Below are positions 17,828 through 27,786 of a stretch of 64,000 bases of DNA, one piece after another. The DNA is taken from assembly GCA_958295745.1 (NCBI GenBank), contig OY282370.1:1770548-1834547 (forward strand). The letters run 5' to 3'. The translations under genes and the position numbers were made by a program. The notes below the pieces were generated by a model. That model ran no database searches, was not told the origin of the DNA, and was given only the letters and a program-made list of their open reading frames with translations. Numbering within the stretch: the first letter of the stretch is position 1; every line of letters starts with the position of its first letter. This DNA comes from an uncultured Acidimicrobiia bacterium. Its GTDB lineage: Bacteria; Actinomycetota; Acidimicrobiia; Spongiisociales; Spongiisociaceae.

Positions 17828-18499
17828 TCAGGAGTAGGCGGGAAGCCGGCGGGGAAGTATCCGGTGGAGGTCCTCTTCGTCGAACTCTATGACCTCGTCG
17901 GCGAGCTCGGTCAGCTCGCGGGCCACGCTCCACCGGTCGGGGGTGGCGACTATCAGCTGAGTGCCGAGATCCTGGGCGGTCCGTATCGGCTCCGCCAGGT
18001 CCCGGTCTCCCGAGATCAGCACCGCCGTGTCGTATACGCCCCGCCCCGCCAGCCGGACCAGGTCCAGCGCCACCAGGGTGTCTACGCCCTTTTGCTTGCG
18101 TTCCGGGCGGAAGGCCCAATGCCGGTCGAACTCGTTCATCATCTGGGCGGGGTCCATCCCCAGCCCTTCGGCGGTGTACCTGAGGGCGTCGCGGATCCCC
18201 TGCTCGAACCACGGCCTGTTTTCGACGATATGCCCCAGCCGCAGCTGGATACCCGGGATCTGCGCGATGGCGGTGAAGAACCGGCGCTGCCCTTCGGAGT
18301 GGTTGTGGTCGTAGTCGAATTTGGCGTCGTACCAGTAGGCCCGCAGGAACCGCCCGTCCCCGGAACGGGCCAGCCTCTTGAACCAGTTTACGACCGCCTC
18401 GGCGTCCAGGCGGAAATTGCGGGGGCTTTCGCCGAGGGCCCGGGCGCCTTCCGCCCGCAGGAATCCGGCGTCTATGAATCCGGCGTGTGTGGCAGACAT
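17828..18499 (-). CDS. NYN-domain (LabA/PIN-like) protein
   Basis: 223 aa, ..AGFIDAGFLRAEG...KGVDTLVALDLVRLAGRGVYDTAVLISGDRDLAEPIRTAQDLGTQLIVA... Same strand as and upstream of the DUF1998 helicase. Confidence 0.65.
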   Translation of the reverse strand: MSATHAGFIDAGFLRAEGARALGESPRNFRLDAEAVVNWFKRLARSGDGRFLRAYWYDAKFDYDHNHSEGQRRFFTAIAQIPGIQLRLGHIVENRPWFEQGIRDALRYTAEGLGMDPAQMMNEFDRHWAFRPERKQKGVDTLVALDLVRLAGRGVYDTAVLISGDRDLAEPIRTAQDLGTQLIVATPDRWSVARELTELADEVIEFDEEDLHRILPRRLPAYS

Positions 18500-18683
18500 C
18501 TTCTCAGCACCTCCAAGAACGGCTTATAGATAATGGCCTCGACCCTGATCGGGTTACAGCTCGTGTCGGCGGCAAGCCTAGACGGTCTCCGCATCGGCGG
18601 TTCCGCAGACCATCGGATATGTTTCGCGCTCCAGGATTTTCCGGCGCTCCCGGCCTTCGCCCCGGCGTTATAACCTGACCCGG

Positions 18684-19526
18684 ATGCGCTCGAGCACCGG
18701 AAACCGCCTCTGGCGGCCCTACGCGACCGGCATCGCGGAATTCGCAGATCGGGAATCGGCCGCGTATCTGGCGTCCACCCCGCGGGCCGAGGCCAACCGC
18801 AAAGCGGCGGTGGTCCTCATCACCTCCGCCCTCAGCCTCACGATCCTGAACTTCGGCGCCTCGGCCCAACCGTTCTGGTTCGTCACCATGCTGGACGGGC
18901 TGGGCCTCGACGGATGGGCCCGCAGGGCGCGGGAAGCGTTCGAGCTGTCCGACCATGCGCAGCGCAACGGCTTGGTGTTCTGGGGCATCGGACAGATCGT
19001 CTGCTACACCGCCCCGCCCGTCATAGCCATAAAGCTGGTGCTGCGGGAGAAGGTGGGCGCCTACGGGCTCCGGGTCAGGGGGATCGGTCCCCACGCCCCC
19101 GTCTACGGAGTGCTGCTCGCCGTCTCGGTCCCGTTCGCGGCGGCGGCCTCGTACACCCCTGCCTTCCAGGCCAAATACCCCTTCTACGACCTGGCCGCCG
19201 GGGAAGGGCTCTGGCCGAACATGGCGCTGTGGTGGGTGATCTACGGGCTCCAGTTCCTCGCCCTCGAGTTCTTCTTCCGGGGGTTCATGATCCATGGACT
19301 GAGCGGCCGGCTCGGGTACATGGCGGTGTTCGTCATGGTCGTCCCCTACAACATGCTCCACTACGGGAAGCCGATGGCCGAGGCCCTTGCGGCCATCGTC
19401 GGAGGGATCGTTCTCGGGTCGTTGTCTCTGCGGAGCCGTTCGATCTGGTGGGGGGCGGCGGTCCATGTGGGGGTGGCGGGTGTCATGGATGTGGCCGCTC
19501 TCGTCCACAAGGGGTTCCTGCCGTGA
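18684..19526 (+). CDS. CPBP (CAAX protease/Abi) family intramembrane metalloprotease
   Basis: 280 aa, multi-TM. ..LALEFFFRGFMIHGL.. (EExxxR-like) and ..VVPYNMLHYG.. (FxxxH) motifs. Confidence 0.65.
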   Translation: MRSSTGNRLWRPYATGIAEFADRESAAYLASTPRAEANRKAAVVLITSALSLTILNFGASAQPFWFVTMLDGLGLDGWARRAREAFELSDHAQRNGLVFWGIGQIVCYTAPPVIAIKLVLREKVGAYGLRVRGIGPHAPVYGVLLAVSVPFAAAASYTPAFQAKYPFYDLAAGEGLWPNMALWWVIYGLQFLALEFFFRGFMIHGLSGRLGYMAVFVMVVPYNMLHYGKPMAEALAAIVGGIVLGSLSLRSRSIWWGAAVHVGVAGVMDVAALVHKGFLP

Positions 19527-20308
19527 AGCAGCCCGGACCTCGGCGGGCGGCGGAGGGTTTGGCGGCGGGGGCGGCGGGCGCCGGGCTGGCCTGGTCGGTC
19601 CTGTCTGGTTTGGCGGCGCCGGAGGGTTTGGCGGCGGCCGGAGCGGCGGCGGCCGGCCTCAACGGTTTGATCTCGGGCGCCGCCGGAATCTACGCCTGGC
19701 GGCGGGCCCGGGGGTGGCTGTGCTTCGCGCTCGACTCGACCTGGGGGCTGGCGGGGGCGTCGTCGGGCGTGGTGCTGCATGCCGTCAACCTCTTCTACCC
19801 GGACCGGGCTTATATGGGCCGCATGAGCCGGCGGGCCAACCGCCACGTCTACGAGGGGGGTTTCACCTTCCGGGCCGGTTTCGTGCTGGCTCTGGGCAAT
19901 GTGGTGTCCTGCGGGGGCCGGCGGCGCCGGTATCCCGGGGGCTTCCTATCGGGGTCCTCGCCCGCCGCGGCCCGCCGCCGCAAGCTGGTGGACGTCCACG
20001 AGGGCGCCCATCTGTTCCAGAACCGGGTGTTCGGCCCCTTCTACCCGATCGGGTACGGGGGTTGGATGGTATTGGCCGGTGCGGCGGGGCTGGCGGCCGG
20101 GTCGGCGGCGGTCCTGGCGGCGAGGAGGACGGGCAGACGGGTCAGACTCTGGCCGATCGTGGAGACCTTCGCCTACTACGACAACCCTTTCGAGTACTGG
20201 GCCTACCGGAAGGACGGCAACTGGCCGCCCCCCGGCGCCCACCCCCGCTTCGTCTGGGGCGCCCGCCGGACCCTTCCCGATATGACGTTTCGGGGCGGCG
20301 GCCCCTGA
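19523..20308 (+). CDS. hypothetical membrane protein with HEXXH motif (putative zinc metallopeptidase)
   Basis: GTG 19523 overlaps the CPBP stop. Gly/Ala-rich TM N-terminus; ..KLVDVHEGAHLFQNRVFGPFYPIGYGGWMVLAG..; ..DNPFEYWAY.. Frame of ORF 18914..20308. Confidence 0.4.
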   Translation: MKQPGPRRAAEGLAAGAAGAGLAWSVLSGLAAPEGLAAAGAAAAGLNGLISGAAGIYAWRRARGWLCFALDSTWGLAGASSGVVLHAVNLFYPDRAYMGRMSRRANRHVYEGGFTFRAGFVLALGNVVSCGGRRRRYPGGFLSGSSPAAARRRKLVDVHEGAHLFQNRVFGPFYPIGYGGWMVLAGAAGLAAGSAAVLAARRTGRRVRLWPIVETFAYYDNPFEYWAYRKDGNWPPPGAHPRFVWGARRTLPDMTFRGGGP

Positions 20309-20760
20309 CCGGCCTCCGAGGCCGCGAAAGAAATCGAGCGCTACTCGGCGCGAAGGTATTGGGTTTGTCATAAGTATATAGGATAATAATAGTTACCGAA
20401 GCACAAACATCGTCGTGAGCTTCCGGAGAGGCGGCGATCATCAGCGGATTCTCACCGGTTCGACAATCCTCGGGCCGGAACCGGGCCGCCGCGGCCCGGC
20501 AAGAGTTCCGATGGCGAGAGGTGGAGGTGGGGGCTGGGCCCGGCGGGAGGCGGCCCGGCGGCTGGGGTTTTTCGCGGTCTTGGATGGTTGTGGGGGTTGG
20601 CTTCGGGTACGGAATAGAGCTCGGGCCAGGGTGTTCATGGCGGGAAGGGGGGATTGATGGCGGTGGTTTTTCGCGGTCCCGGCAGGTTCGGGGGTATCGT
20701 CGGGCCAGGCGGTTCGTTCACTTCCATTCCAACGGCGGCGCGGGCGGTACGCTTGGGCAT

Positions 20761-21981
20761 ATGGGAGTATTCAGGACTTTGCGGTCGGTGGTGCGGTTCC
20801 GTTCGTTCGAGCGGGATTCCGACCTGCGGCGCATGCAGCGGGCCGCCAATGTGGATGATCTGCGCCTGATCGCCCGCCGCCGCCTCCCGCGCGGTGTCTT
20901 CGACTACATCGACGGGGCCGCCGAGGACGAGATCACCATGGATCGGAACCAGGCCGACTACCGCAGCTGGGAGTTCGCGCCCGCCGTGCTCCGGGACGTG
21001 GGGCGCATCGATACGTCCGCCGAGCTGCTGGGAAAGCCTTTGCCCTTCCCTCTGGTGCTGGCGCCCACCGGTTTCACTCGGATTGTCGAACCTCCCGGGG
21101 AGCTGTCGGTGGCCAGGGCGGCCGCCCGCCGGGGGATACCCTACGCCCTCTCGACGCTGGGAACCCGCTCCATCGAAGAGGTGGCGGAGGCCGGGGCCGG
21201 AGGCCGCAACTGGTTCCAGGTCTATGTGTGGAAAGACCGGGGGATGGTCCGCAACATGATAGAACGGGCGGCCGCCGCCGGATACGAGGCGCTGTGCATC
21301 ACGGTCGATCTGGCCGTGCCGGGCCGCCGGGAACGCGACGTACGCAACGGCATGACGCTCCCGCCCAAGCTCGGCCTGGACATGCTGATCGAAGGAATGC
21401 TCAAACCCTCCTGGACCTGGCGTTTCATCACCGCCGATCCCATCACCTTCGCCAACGTGGTGGGGCTCCACGAACAGGACGGCAGCAGTGCGGTGGAGCT
21501 GGCCTCCCTGGTGAACGACCAGTTCGACCCGAGCCTCTCCTGGTCCGACATCGAGTGGTTCCGCTCCCTCTGGGACGGCCCGATCATCATCAAAGGCATC
21601 CAGTCGGTGGCCGACGCCCGCCGGGCCGTCGAGCACGGGGTGGAAGCCATCGCGGTGTCCAACCACGGGGGCCGGCAGCTCGAGGGCGCCCCCACGCCCA
21701 TCGGGCTGATCGAACCCATCGCCCAGGAGGTGGGCGGCTCGGTCGAGATAATATGCGACGGCGGGATCCGCCGGGGATCCGACATCCTCAAGGCGTTGGC
21801 CTTGGGCGCCCGGGCGGTCATGGCCGGCCGGGCCTACCTGTACGGTCTGGGTGCGGGCGGCGAAAAGGGCGTCGATTGGGTGCTCGATTTCCTCGATGAG
21901 GGAATGCGCCGCACCATGGCGCTGGCCGGAGTGCGGTCTCTGGCAGAGGTGAATCGGCAATTGGTGCGCCGCCGCCGTTGA
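20761..21981 (+). CDS. lldD: FMN-dependent alpha-hydroxy acid dehydrogenase/oxidase (L-lactate dehydrogenase LldD / mandelate dehydrogenase family)
   Basis: MGVFRTLRSVVRFRSFERDSDLRRMQRAANVDDLRLIARRRLPRGVFDYIDGAAEDEIT..PFPLVLAPTG..SVSNHGGRQLEGAPTPIGLIEPIA..IICDGGIRRGSDILKALALGARAVMAGRAYLYGL.. Start at ATG 20761; the upstream 240 bp of ORF 20521.. is junk. Confidence 0.8.
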   Translation: MGVFRTLRSVVRFRSFERDSDLRRMQRAANVDDLRLIARRRLPRGVFDYIDGAAEDEITMDRNQADYRSWEFAPAVLRDVGRIDTSAELLGKPLPFPLVLAPTGFTRIVEPPGELSVARAAARRGIPYALSTLGTRSIEEVAEAGAGGRNWFQVYVWKDRGMVRNMIERAAAAGYEALCITVDLAVPGRRERDVRNGMTLPPKLGLDMLIEGMLKPSWTWRFITADPITFANVVGLHEQDGSSAVELASLVNDQFDPSLSWSDIEWFRSLWDGPIIIKGIQSVADARRAVEHGVEAIAVSNHGGRQLEGAPTPIGLIEPIAQEVGGSVEIICDGGIRRGSDILKALALGARAVMAGRAYLYGLGAGGEKGVDWVLDFLDEGMRRTMALAGVRSLAEVNRQLVRRRR

Positions 21982-22104
21982 TTCCCCGACGGCGAAAGCG
22001 CCTGCGAACCTGTCACCGCGGCGGTGAACCGGGAGTCCGTCCGGTCCCGTCTTTTGATTGCGATACCCCAACTGAATCCGATACCCCTACTGAAAGGAGG
22101 GCAT

Positions 22105-24285
22105 GTGACCGTCGAAGATGCCGTAGAGATAGAAGGATTGACCGTTGCCGGGGAGCTGCACCGGTTCATATCCGAAGAGGCCTTGCCGGGCAGCGGCGTG
22201 GACCCCGCCCGTTTCTGGAGAGGTCTGTCCGGCCTGATCCACGAGATGGGCCCCCGGAACCGCTCCCTGCTGGAACGCCGGGTCGAGCTCCAGACGCAGA
22301 TCGACGACTGGCACCGCCGGAACCGGGGTTCGCCCTTCGACACCGCCTCCTACCGGACCTTCCTGGAGGAGATCGGCTACCTCGAGCCGGAGGGAGAGGA
22401 CTTCGCCGTCGACACCGCCGGCGTCGACGAAGAGATAGCCTCGGTGTCCGGCCCCCAGCTGGTGGTCCCGGTGATGAACGCCCGGTTCGCCATCAACGCC
22501 GCCAACTCCCGGTGGGTTTCCCTCTACGACGCCCTGTACGGCACGGACGCCCTCGGTGACCGCCCCCCGCCCGGACCCTACGACCCCGACCGGGGCCGCC
22601 GGGTCATCGACTGGTGCCGCCGCTTCCTGGACGACGTTTGCCCCCTCGTCGGCGGGTCTCACCTGAACGCCGCCGGGTATACGGTGGAGGGCGGCGAGCT
22701 GGTCGTGCACCAGGACGAGGGGCCGCCGGCGCGGCTGAGCAGCCCATCGCAGCTGGCCGGCTGCTCCGGAGACCCGGAATCCCCGGCCTCGATCCTGCTC
22801 CGCAACCACGGCCTGCACATCGATATCGTGATCGACCGCGGGCATCCGGTGGGCGCCGCCGACCGAGCAGGGGTGGCCAACATCGTCATGGAGGCGGCCG
22901 TCACCACCATCATGGACCTCGAGGATTCCATCGCCGCCGTCGACGCCGCCGACAAGGCGGCCGCCTACCGCAACTGGCTCGGCCTCACCAAGGGGGACCT
23001 GACCGCCGAGATGACCAAGGGCGGGGTTGCCTTCACCCGCCGGATGGTCCAAGACCGCCGGTACACGGGGGTCGAGGGAGAGACGTTCGTCCTGTCGGGG
23101 CGCTCGTTGATGCTGGTTCGCAATGTCGGGCACCTGATGACCACCCCGGCGGTGCTGGACCGGGCCGGGAACGAGGCTTACGAGGGCCTCCTCGACGCGG
23201 CGGTCACCGCCTTGATCGCCTGTCACGACCTGCGGGGCGATGTCTCCTTCCGCAACTCCCGGACCGGGTCTTTCTACGTGGTGAAGCCCAAGATGCACGG
23301 ACCCGCCGAGGCTGCTTTCACGGGGGAGGTGTTCGACCGGGTGGAGGCGGTGCTCGGCCTTCCGCCCAACACGGTCAAGATCGGCCTCATGGACGAGGAG
23401 CGCCGCACCACCCTCAACCTCCGGGAGTGCATCAGGGCGGTCCGCTCGCGGCTGGTGTTCATAAACACCGGCTTCCTGGACCGCACCGGCGACGAGATAC
23501 ACACCTCCATGGAGGCCGGTCCGATGGTCCGCAAGACCGATATGGCAGACCAGCCCTGGATGGCGGCCTACGAGGATTGGAACGTGGACGTGGGCTTGGC
23601 CTGCGGGCTGCGGGGGCGGGCCCAGATCGGCAAGGGAATGTGGGCGGCCCCCGACCTCATGGGCGCCATGCTCGAACAGAAGATAGACCACCCGAAGGCG
23701 GGGGCGAGCTGCGCCTGGGTTCCGTCCCCCACCGCGGCCGCTCTGCACGCCACCCACTACCACCGGGTGGACGCGGCCGCCCGCCAGGACGAGCTGGCCG
23801 ACCGGCCGCCCCGTTCCCTCGGTGAGCTGCTGAGCATTCCGGTTGCCTCCGAACCCGACTGGAGCGCCGAGGAGATCGCCGCCGAGCTGGACAACAACGC
23901 CCAGGGGATCCTCGGGTACGTGGTGCGGTGGGTCGATCAGGGCATCGGCTGCTCCAAGGTCCCCGACATAGACGACGTGGCTCTCATGGAGGACCGGGCC
24001 ACCTGCCGGATATCTTCCCAGCACATCGCCAACTGGCTCCATCACGGGGTGGTGGACCGCGATCAGGTGATGGAGACCATGAAGCGGATGGCCGAGGTGG
24101 TGGACGTCCAGAACGCCGGCGACGAGGCCTACACGCCGATGGCGCCGGGCTTCGACGGTCCGGCCTTCCTGGCCGCCTGTGACCTGGTGTTCGAAGGGGT
24201 GGAGCAGCCCTCCGGTTACACCGAACCCATCCTCCACGCCCGCCGCGCCGAGCTCAAACGGGGGGCGCCCGGCGCCGGGTCGTAA
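22105..24285 (+). CDS. glcB: malate synthase G
   Basis: ~726 aa. [38 protein letters not shown]...[28 protein letters not shown]... throughout. GTG 22105 preceded by AAAGGAGGG. Confidence 0.9.
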   Translation: MTVEDAVEIEGLTVAGELHRFISEEALPGSGVDPARFWRGLSGLIHEMGPRNRSLLERRVELQTQIDDWHRRNRGSPFDTASYRTFLEEIGYLEPEGEDFAVDTAGVDEEIASVSGPQLVVPVMNARFAINAANSRWVSLYDALYGTDALGDRPPPGPYDPDRGRRVIDWCRRFLDDVCPLVGGSHLNAAGYTVEGGELVVHQDEGPPARLSSPSQLAGCSGDPESPASILLRNHGLHIDIVIDRGHPVGAADRAGVANIVMEAAVTTIMDLEDSIAAVDAADKAAAYRNWLGLTKGDLTAEMTKGGVAFTRRMVQDRRYTGVEGETFVLSGRSLMLVRNVGHLMTTPAVLDRAGNEAYEGLLDAAVTALIACHDLRGDVSFRNSRTGSFYVVKPKMHGPAEAAFTGEVFDRVEAVLGLPPNTVKIGLMDEERRTTLNLRECIRAVRSRLVFINTGFLDRTGDEIHTSMEAGPMVRKTDMADQPWMAAYEDWNVDVGLACGLRGRAQIGKGMWAAPDLMGAMLEQKIDHPKAGASCAWVPSPTAAALHATHYHRVDAAARQDELADRPPRSLGELLSIPVASEPDWSAEEIAAELDNNAQGILGYVVRWVDQGIGCSKVPDIDDVALMEDRATCRISSQHIANWLHHGVVDRDQVMETMKRMAEVVDVQNAGDEAYTPMAPGFDGPAFLAACDLVFEGVEQPSGYTEPILHARRAELKRGAPGAGS

Positions 24286-24340
24286 CCCTCCGCCGTCGAC
24301 CATATACTCAGGAGTCCCCGTCTAGGAAGAGGTTCCGATC

Positions 24341-26398
24341 ATGTCCTACGCCGTATCGATCACCGCTTTGGCGGCCGGCGCCGCGGCCATCGTCTTGGCG
24401 GTCTACTACGCCCGGGTGGTGCTGGCCGCTGATCAGGGAAACGACCGCATGAAGGAACTGTCGGCGGCCATCCGCGCGGGCGCCGACGCCTTCATGAGGC
24501 GTGAATACACCTGGGTGGCGGTGTTCGTGGTGGTCATGGCGGTGCTCATCTCCGTCGTCCTTCCATGGGGCGCCCCCTGGGGTTCCATCGCCTATGTCTT
24601 CGGGGCGGTGCTGTCGGCGGGGGCCGGCTTCGCGGGAATGCGGATCGCCACCGCCGCCAACAGCCGCACCGCCGAGGCGGCCCGTCAGGGCGGGGTGAAG
24701 CAGGCCCTTCCGGTGGCCTTCCGGGGCGGGGCGGTGATGGGTTTCTGCGTGGCCGGCCTGGGTCTGCTGGGGGTGGCGCTCGGTTACCTGGTGTTCGTGG
24801 AGCTGCTCGACATCGCCGACTCCGACCGCTACAACATCATCGCCGCCATCGGGTTGGGCGGATCGTCGATCGCCCTGTTCGCCCGGGTGGGGGGCGGCAT
24901 CTACACCAAGGCGGCGGACGTAGGCGCCGACCTGGTGGGCAAGGTCGAGGCGGGTATACCCGAGGACGACCCCCGCAACCCGGCGGTCATCGCCGACAAC
25001 GTGGGCGACAACGTGGGGGATGTGGCGGGTATGGGCGCCGACCTCTTCGAGTCCTATGTGGGGTCGATAGTGGCGCCCATCGCCTACGCGGCCATCGTCT
25101 TCGCCGGCAGCAGCTTCGCGGTCGAGGTCATCGTGTTCCCGCTGGCGGTGGCGGCGGTGGGGATGCTGGCGGCCATCATCGGCTCCTTCTTCGTGCGGGT
25201 CACCGGCAACAAACTGGCCGCCGCCCTGCACCGCGGCAACAACGTGGCGGTGGTGCTCACCATCATCGGCACCTTTATCCTCACCAACTCGATCTTCGGC
25301 GGCAGCGGGGTGGACAACCCCTACGGCCTGGCCCTGGCGGTGCTGGTGGGCTTGGTGGTGGGCCTGGTGGTGGGAAAGATCTCGGAGATATTCACCTCCG
25401 ACCACTACCGGACGGTCAAGGAGATAGCCCGCCAGTCCGAGACCGGCCCGGCTACGGTGGTCCTCGCCGGGGTGGCGGAAGGGATGCGCTCGGCCGCCTT
25501 CTCGGTGATCGTGGTGGCGGCCGGGATCGCGGGCGCCTACGCGGCGGGGGACTGGGCGATCGGAGACGGGGGCGGTATATACGGGGTGGCGATTGCCGCC
25601 ATCGGGGTGCTCTCCACCCTCGGCATCACCGTGGCCGTCGACGCCTACGGGCCGATCGCCGACAACGCGGGCGGCATCGCCGAGATGGCCCACCTGCCCC
25701 CCGAGGTGCGGGAAGCCACCGACGAGCTGGACTCCCTCGGCAACACCACCGCCGCCCTGGGCAAGGGGTTCGCCATCGCCTCGGCGGCCGTCACCGCCCT
25801 GGCCCTGTTCGCCGCCTTCACCCAGGCGGTGGGGCTGGATGCGATCGACATCACCAACGTGGGCGCCATCGTCGGCCTCTTCCTCGGGGCCATGTTCCCG
25901 TTCCTGTTCGCGGCGCTGACCATCAAGGCGGTGGGGCGGGCGGCCTTCCAGATGATCGAGGAGGTGCGGCGCCAGTTCCGCGACATCCCCGGGCTGCTGG
26001 CCGGCGATCCGGAGGCCAAGCCCGAATACACCAAGACCGTCGATATCGCCACCGGGGCCGCCCTGCGGGAGATGATCGTTCCGGGGGCTCTGGCCGTTGC
26101 GCTGCCCCTGGCGGTGGGCTTCGTGGACGTGGAAGCCCTGGGCGGTTTCCTGGCGGGGGCGCTGGTGACCGGTTTCCTGCTGGCCATCTTCATGGCCAAC
26201 GCCGGGGGGGCGTGGGACAACGCCAAGAAGTACATCGAGGCGGGGGCCTTCGGCGGCAAGGGCTCCGAGCAGCACAAGGCGGCGGTGATCGGCGACACGG
26301 TGGGGGACCCGTTCAAGGACACCTCGGGCCCGGCGATGAACATCGTCATCAAGGTGATGACCATCGTTTCCCTGATCTTCGCCGCCGCTTTCATCTGA
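24341..26398 (+). CDS. hppA: membrane-bound proton-translocating pyrophosphatase
   Basis: 685 aa, ..GGIYTKAADVGADLVGKVEAGIPEDDPRNPAVIADNVGDNVGDVAGMGADLFESYVGS..DAYGPIADNAGGIAEM..GDTVGDPFKDTSGPAMNIVIKVM.. Confidence 0.9.
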   Translation: MSYAVSITALAAGAAAIVLAVYYARVVLAADQGNDRMKELSAAIRAGADAFMRREYTWVAVFVVVMAVLISVVLPWGAPWGSIAYVFGAVLSAGAGFAGMRIATAANSRTAEAARQGGVKQALPVAFRGGAVMGFCVAGLGLLGVALGYLVFVELLDIADSDRYNIIAAIGLGGSSIALFARVGGGIYTKAADVGADLVGKVEAGIPEDDPRNPAVIADNVGDNVGDVAGMGADLFESYVGSIVAPIAYAAIVFAGSSFAVEVIVFPLAVAAVGMLAAIIGSFFVRVTGNKLAAALHRGNNVAVVLTIIGTFILTNSIFGGSGVDNPYGLALAVLVGLVVGLVVGKISEIFTSDHYRTVKEIARQSETGPATVVLAGVAEGMRSAAFSVIVVAAGIAGAYAAGDWAIGDGGGIYGVAIAAIGVLSTLGITVAVDAYGPIADNAGGIAEMAHLPPEVREATDELDSLGNTTAALGKGFAIASAAVTALALFAAFTQAVGLDAIDITNVGAIVGLFLGAMFPFLFAALTIKAVGRAAFQMIEEVRRQFRDIPGLLAGDPEAKPEYTKTVDIATGAALREMIVPGALAVALPLAVGFVDVEALGGFLAGALVTGFLLAIFMANAGGAWDNAKKYIEAGAFGGKGSEQHKAAVIGDTVGDPFKDTSGPAMNIVIKVMTIVSLIFAAAFI

Positions 26399-26527
26399 GC
26401 GCATCTGGGCGGGTTTCCTGAGCGTGACACCTGTGCGTGACGCCGGTTCGCCGGCCTCGTCCGGCGGGCGGTTCGGGATAGGCGGACCGGCCCTCGGCGG
26501 CAGTGCGCCCGCCGCGGAAGGACGATC

Positions 26528-27766
26528 TTGGCCAGACATGTGACCCTGATGCGCCACGGCCAGTCCGAAGCCAACGCCGGTCATATCTGGCAGGGCGCCG
26601 GCTCTTCGCCCCTCACCGCCGAGGGCAGGCGCCAAGCCGAGCGGGCAGGGGCGAGGCTGGCCCGGCGGCGGTGGACGGTGGTCGAATCCTCGGATCTGGG
26701 GCGCAGCGCCGACACCGCCCGGGCGGCGGGTTTCGAGCCGCGGCAGAACCCGCTCTGGCGGGAGGGGGACATCGGCGAGTGGGAGGGTCTGTCCGGGGAG
26801 GTGGTCCTGGCCCGCTACGCCGACCAGCTGAAACGAATCCACCTCGACCCCGAGGCGAAGCTGGGGGTAACCGGCGAATCCCCCAGGCAGGTCGCCGACC
26901 GGGCCTGGGAAGCATTCCACGATCTGGCCGCCCGGCTCGACGACGGCCAATCCGCCCTGGTCGTGACCCACGCCGGGCTGCTCGACGCCTTGTTCGGGCG
27001 TCTGCTGGAGCTCCCGGCCGGGCATCGGCGGCTCGGGCTTCTGGAGAACACCGCCTTCTGCGAGGTGACCTTCGGGGAGAGGGGTCCGATGATCCGCCGC
27101 TACAACGACGCCGCCCATCTGGGTCCGGTATCCCGCATGCTCGAGTATCTGCGCAGCAGGGAACCCTCGGTGCTGGTCGAGATGATCCGGCACGGGGTGA
27201 CCCTCTCCAACCTGGAAGGCAGGGTGCAGGGGCAGAGCGACCGGGGCCTGCATCCCAAGGGCCGCACGGAAGCCCGGTTGCTGGGCGAATGGATCGGGGA
27301 GGTGGACGAGGTGTATTCGTCTCCGCTGGGGAGGGCCGTGGCCACCGCCGAGACAGCGTTCGGCAGGCGGCCGATTCCGGCCCGCGGCCTGATGGAGATC
27401 GACTTGGGCGAGTGGGAAGGAGAGCTGTGGGAGGACTTGCGGGCGGCGGGCCGCCTCGACGGGTATCTCGGCAACGTCCAAGACTTCCGCAGGGGCGGCA
27501 CCGGCGAGACCTGGGTGGAGGTTCGGGAGAGGATGGCCGCCTTCATGGAGACCCTGGGCCGGACCCATCCGGGCGGCCGGGTGGCGGCCGCCTCCCACGG
27601 AGGCGCCATCAGGACCTACGCGGCGGAGATACTCGGCCTCGGATACCAGAAGGCCAGGAAGATGCTCAGCCCGCTGGCCAACACCTCGGTGACCCAGGTG
27701 TGGATGCCGTCGGACCGGGCGCCGATGCTCTCCACCTACAACGTGGCCGGCCATCTCGAAGGCTGA
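26528..27766 (+). CDS. histidine phosphatase (phosphoglycerate mutase-like) family protein with two tandem catalytic domains
   Basis: Domain 1: VTLMRHGQSEANAGHIWQG.. (RHG motif). Domain 2: VLVEMIRHGVTLSNLEGRVQGQSDRGLHPKG.. Alternative starts are TTG 26528, GTG 26540 or ATG 26549. Confidence 0.65.
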   Translation: MARHVTLMRHGQSEANAGHIWQGAGSSPLTAEGRRQAERAGARLARRRWTVVESSDLGRSADTARAAGFEPRQNPLWREGDIGEWEGLSGEVVLARYADQLKRIHLDPEAKLGVTGESPRQVADRAWEAFHDLAARLDDGQSALVVTHAGLLDALFGRLLELPAGHRRLGLLENTAFCEVTFGERGPMIRRYNDAAHLGPVSRMLEYLRSREPSVLVEMIRHGVTLSNLEGRVQGQSDRGLHPKGRTEARLLGEWIGEVDEVYSSPLGRAVATAETAFGRRPIPARGLMEIDLGEWEGELWEDLRAAGRLDGYLGNVQDFRRGGTGETWVEVRERMAAFMETLGRTHPGGRVAAASHGGAIRTYAAEILGLGYQKARKMLSPLANTSVTQVWMPSDRAPMLSTYNVAGHLEG

Positions 27767-27786
27767 ACTCGCTACCGTGGACGCCC

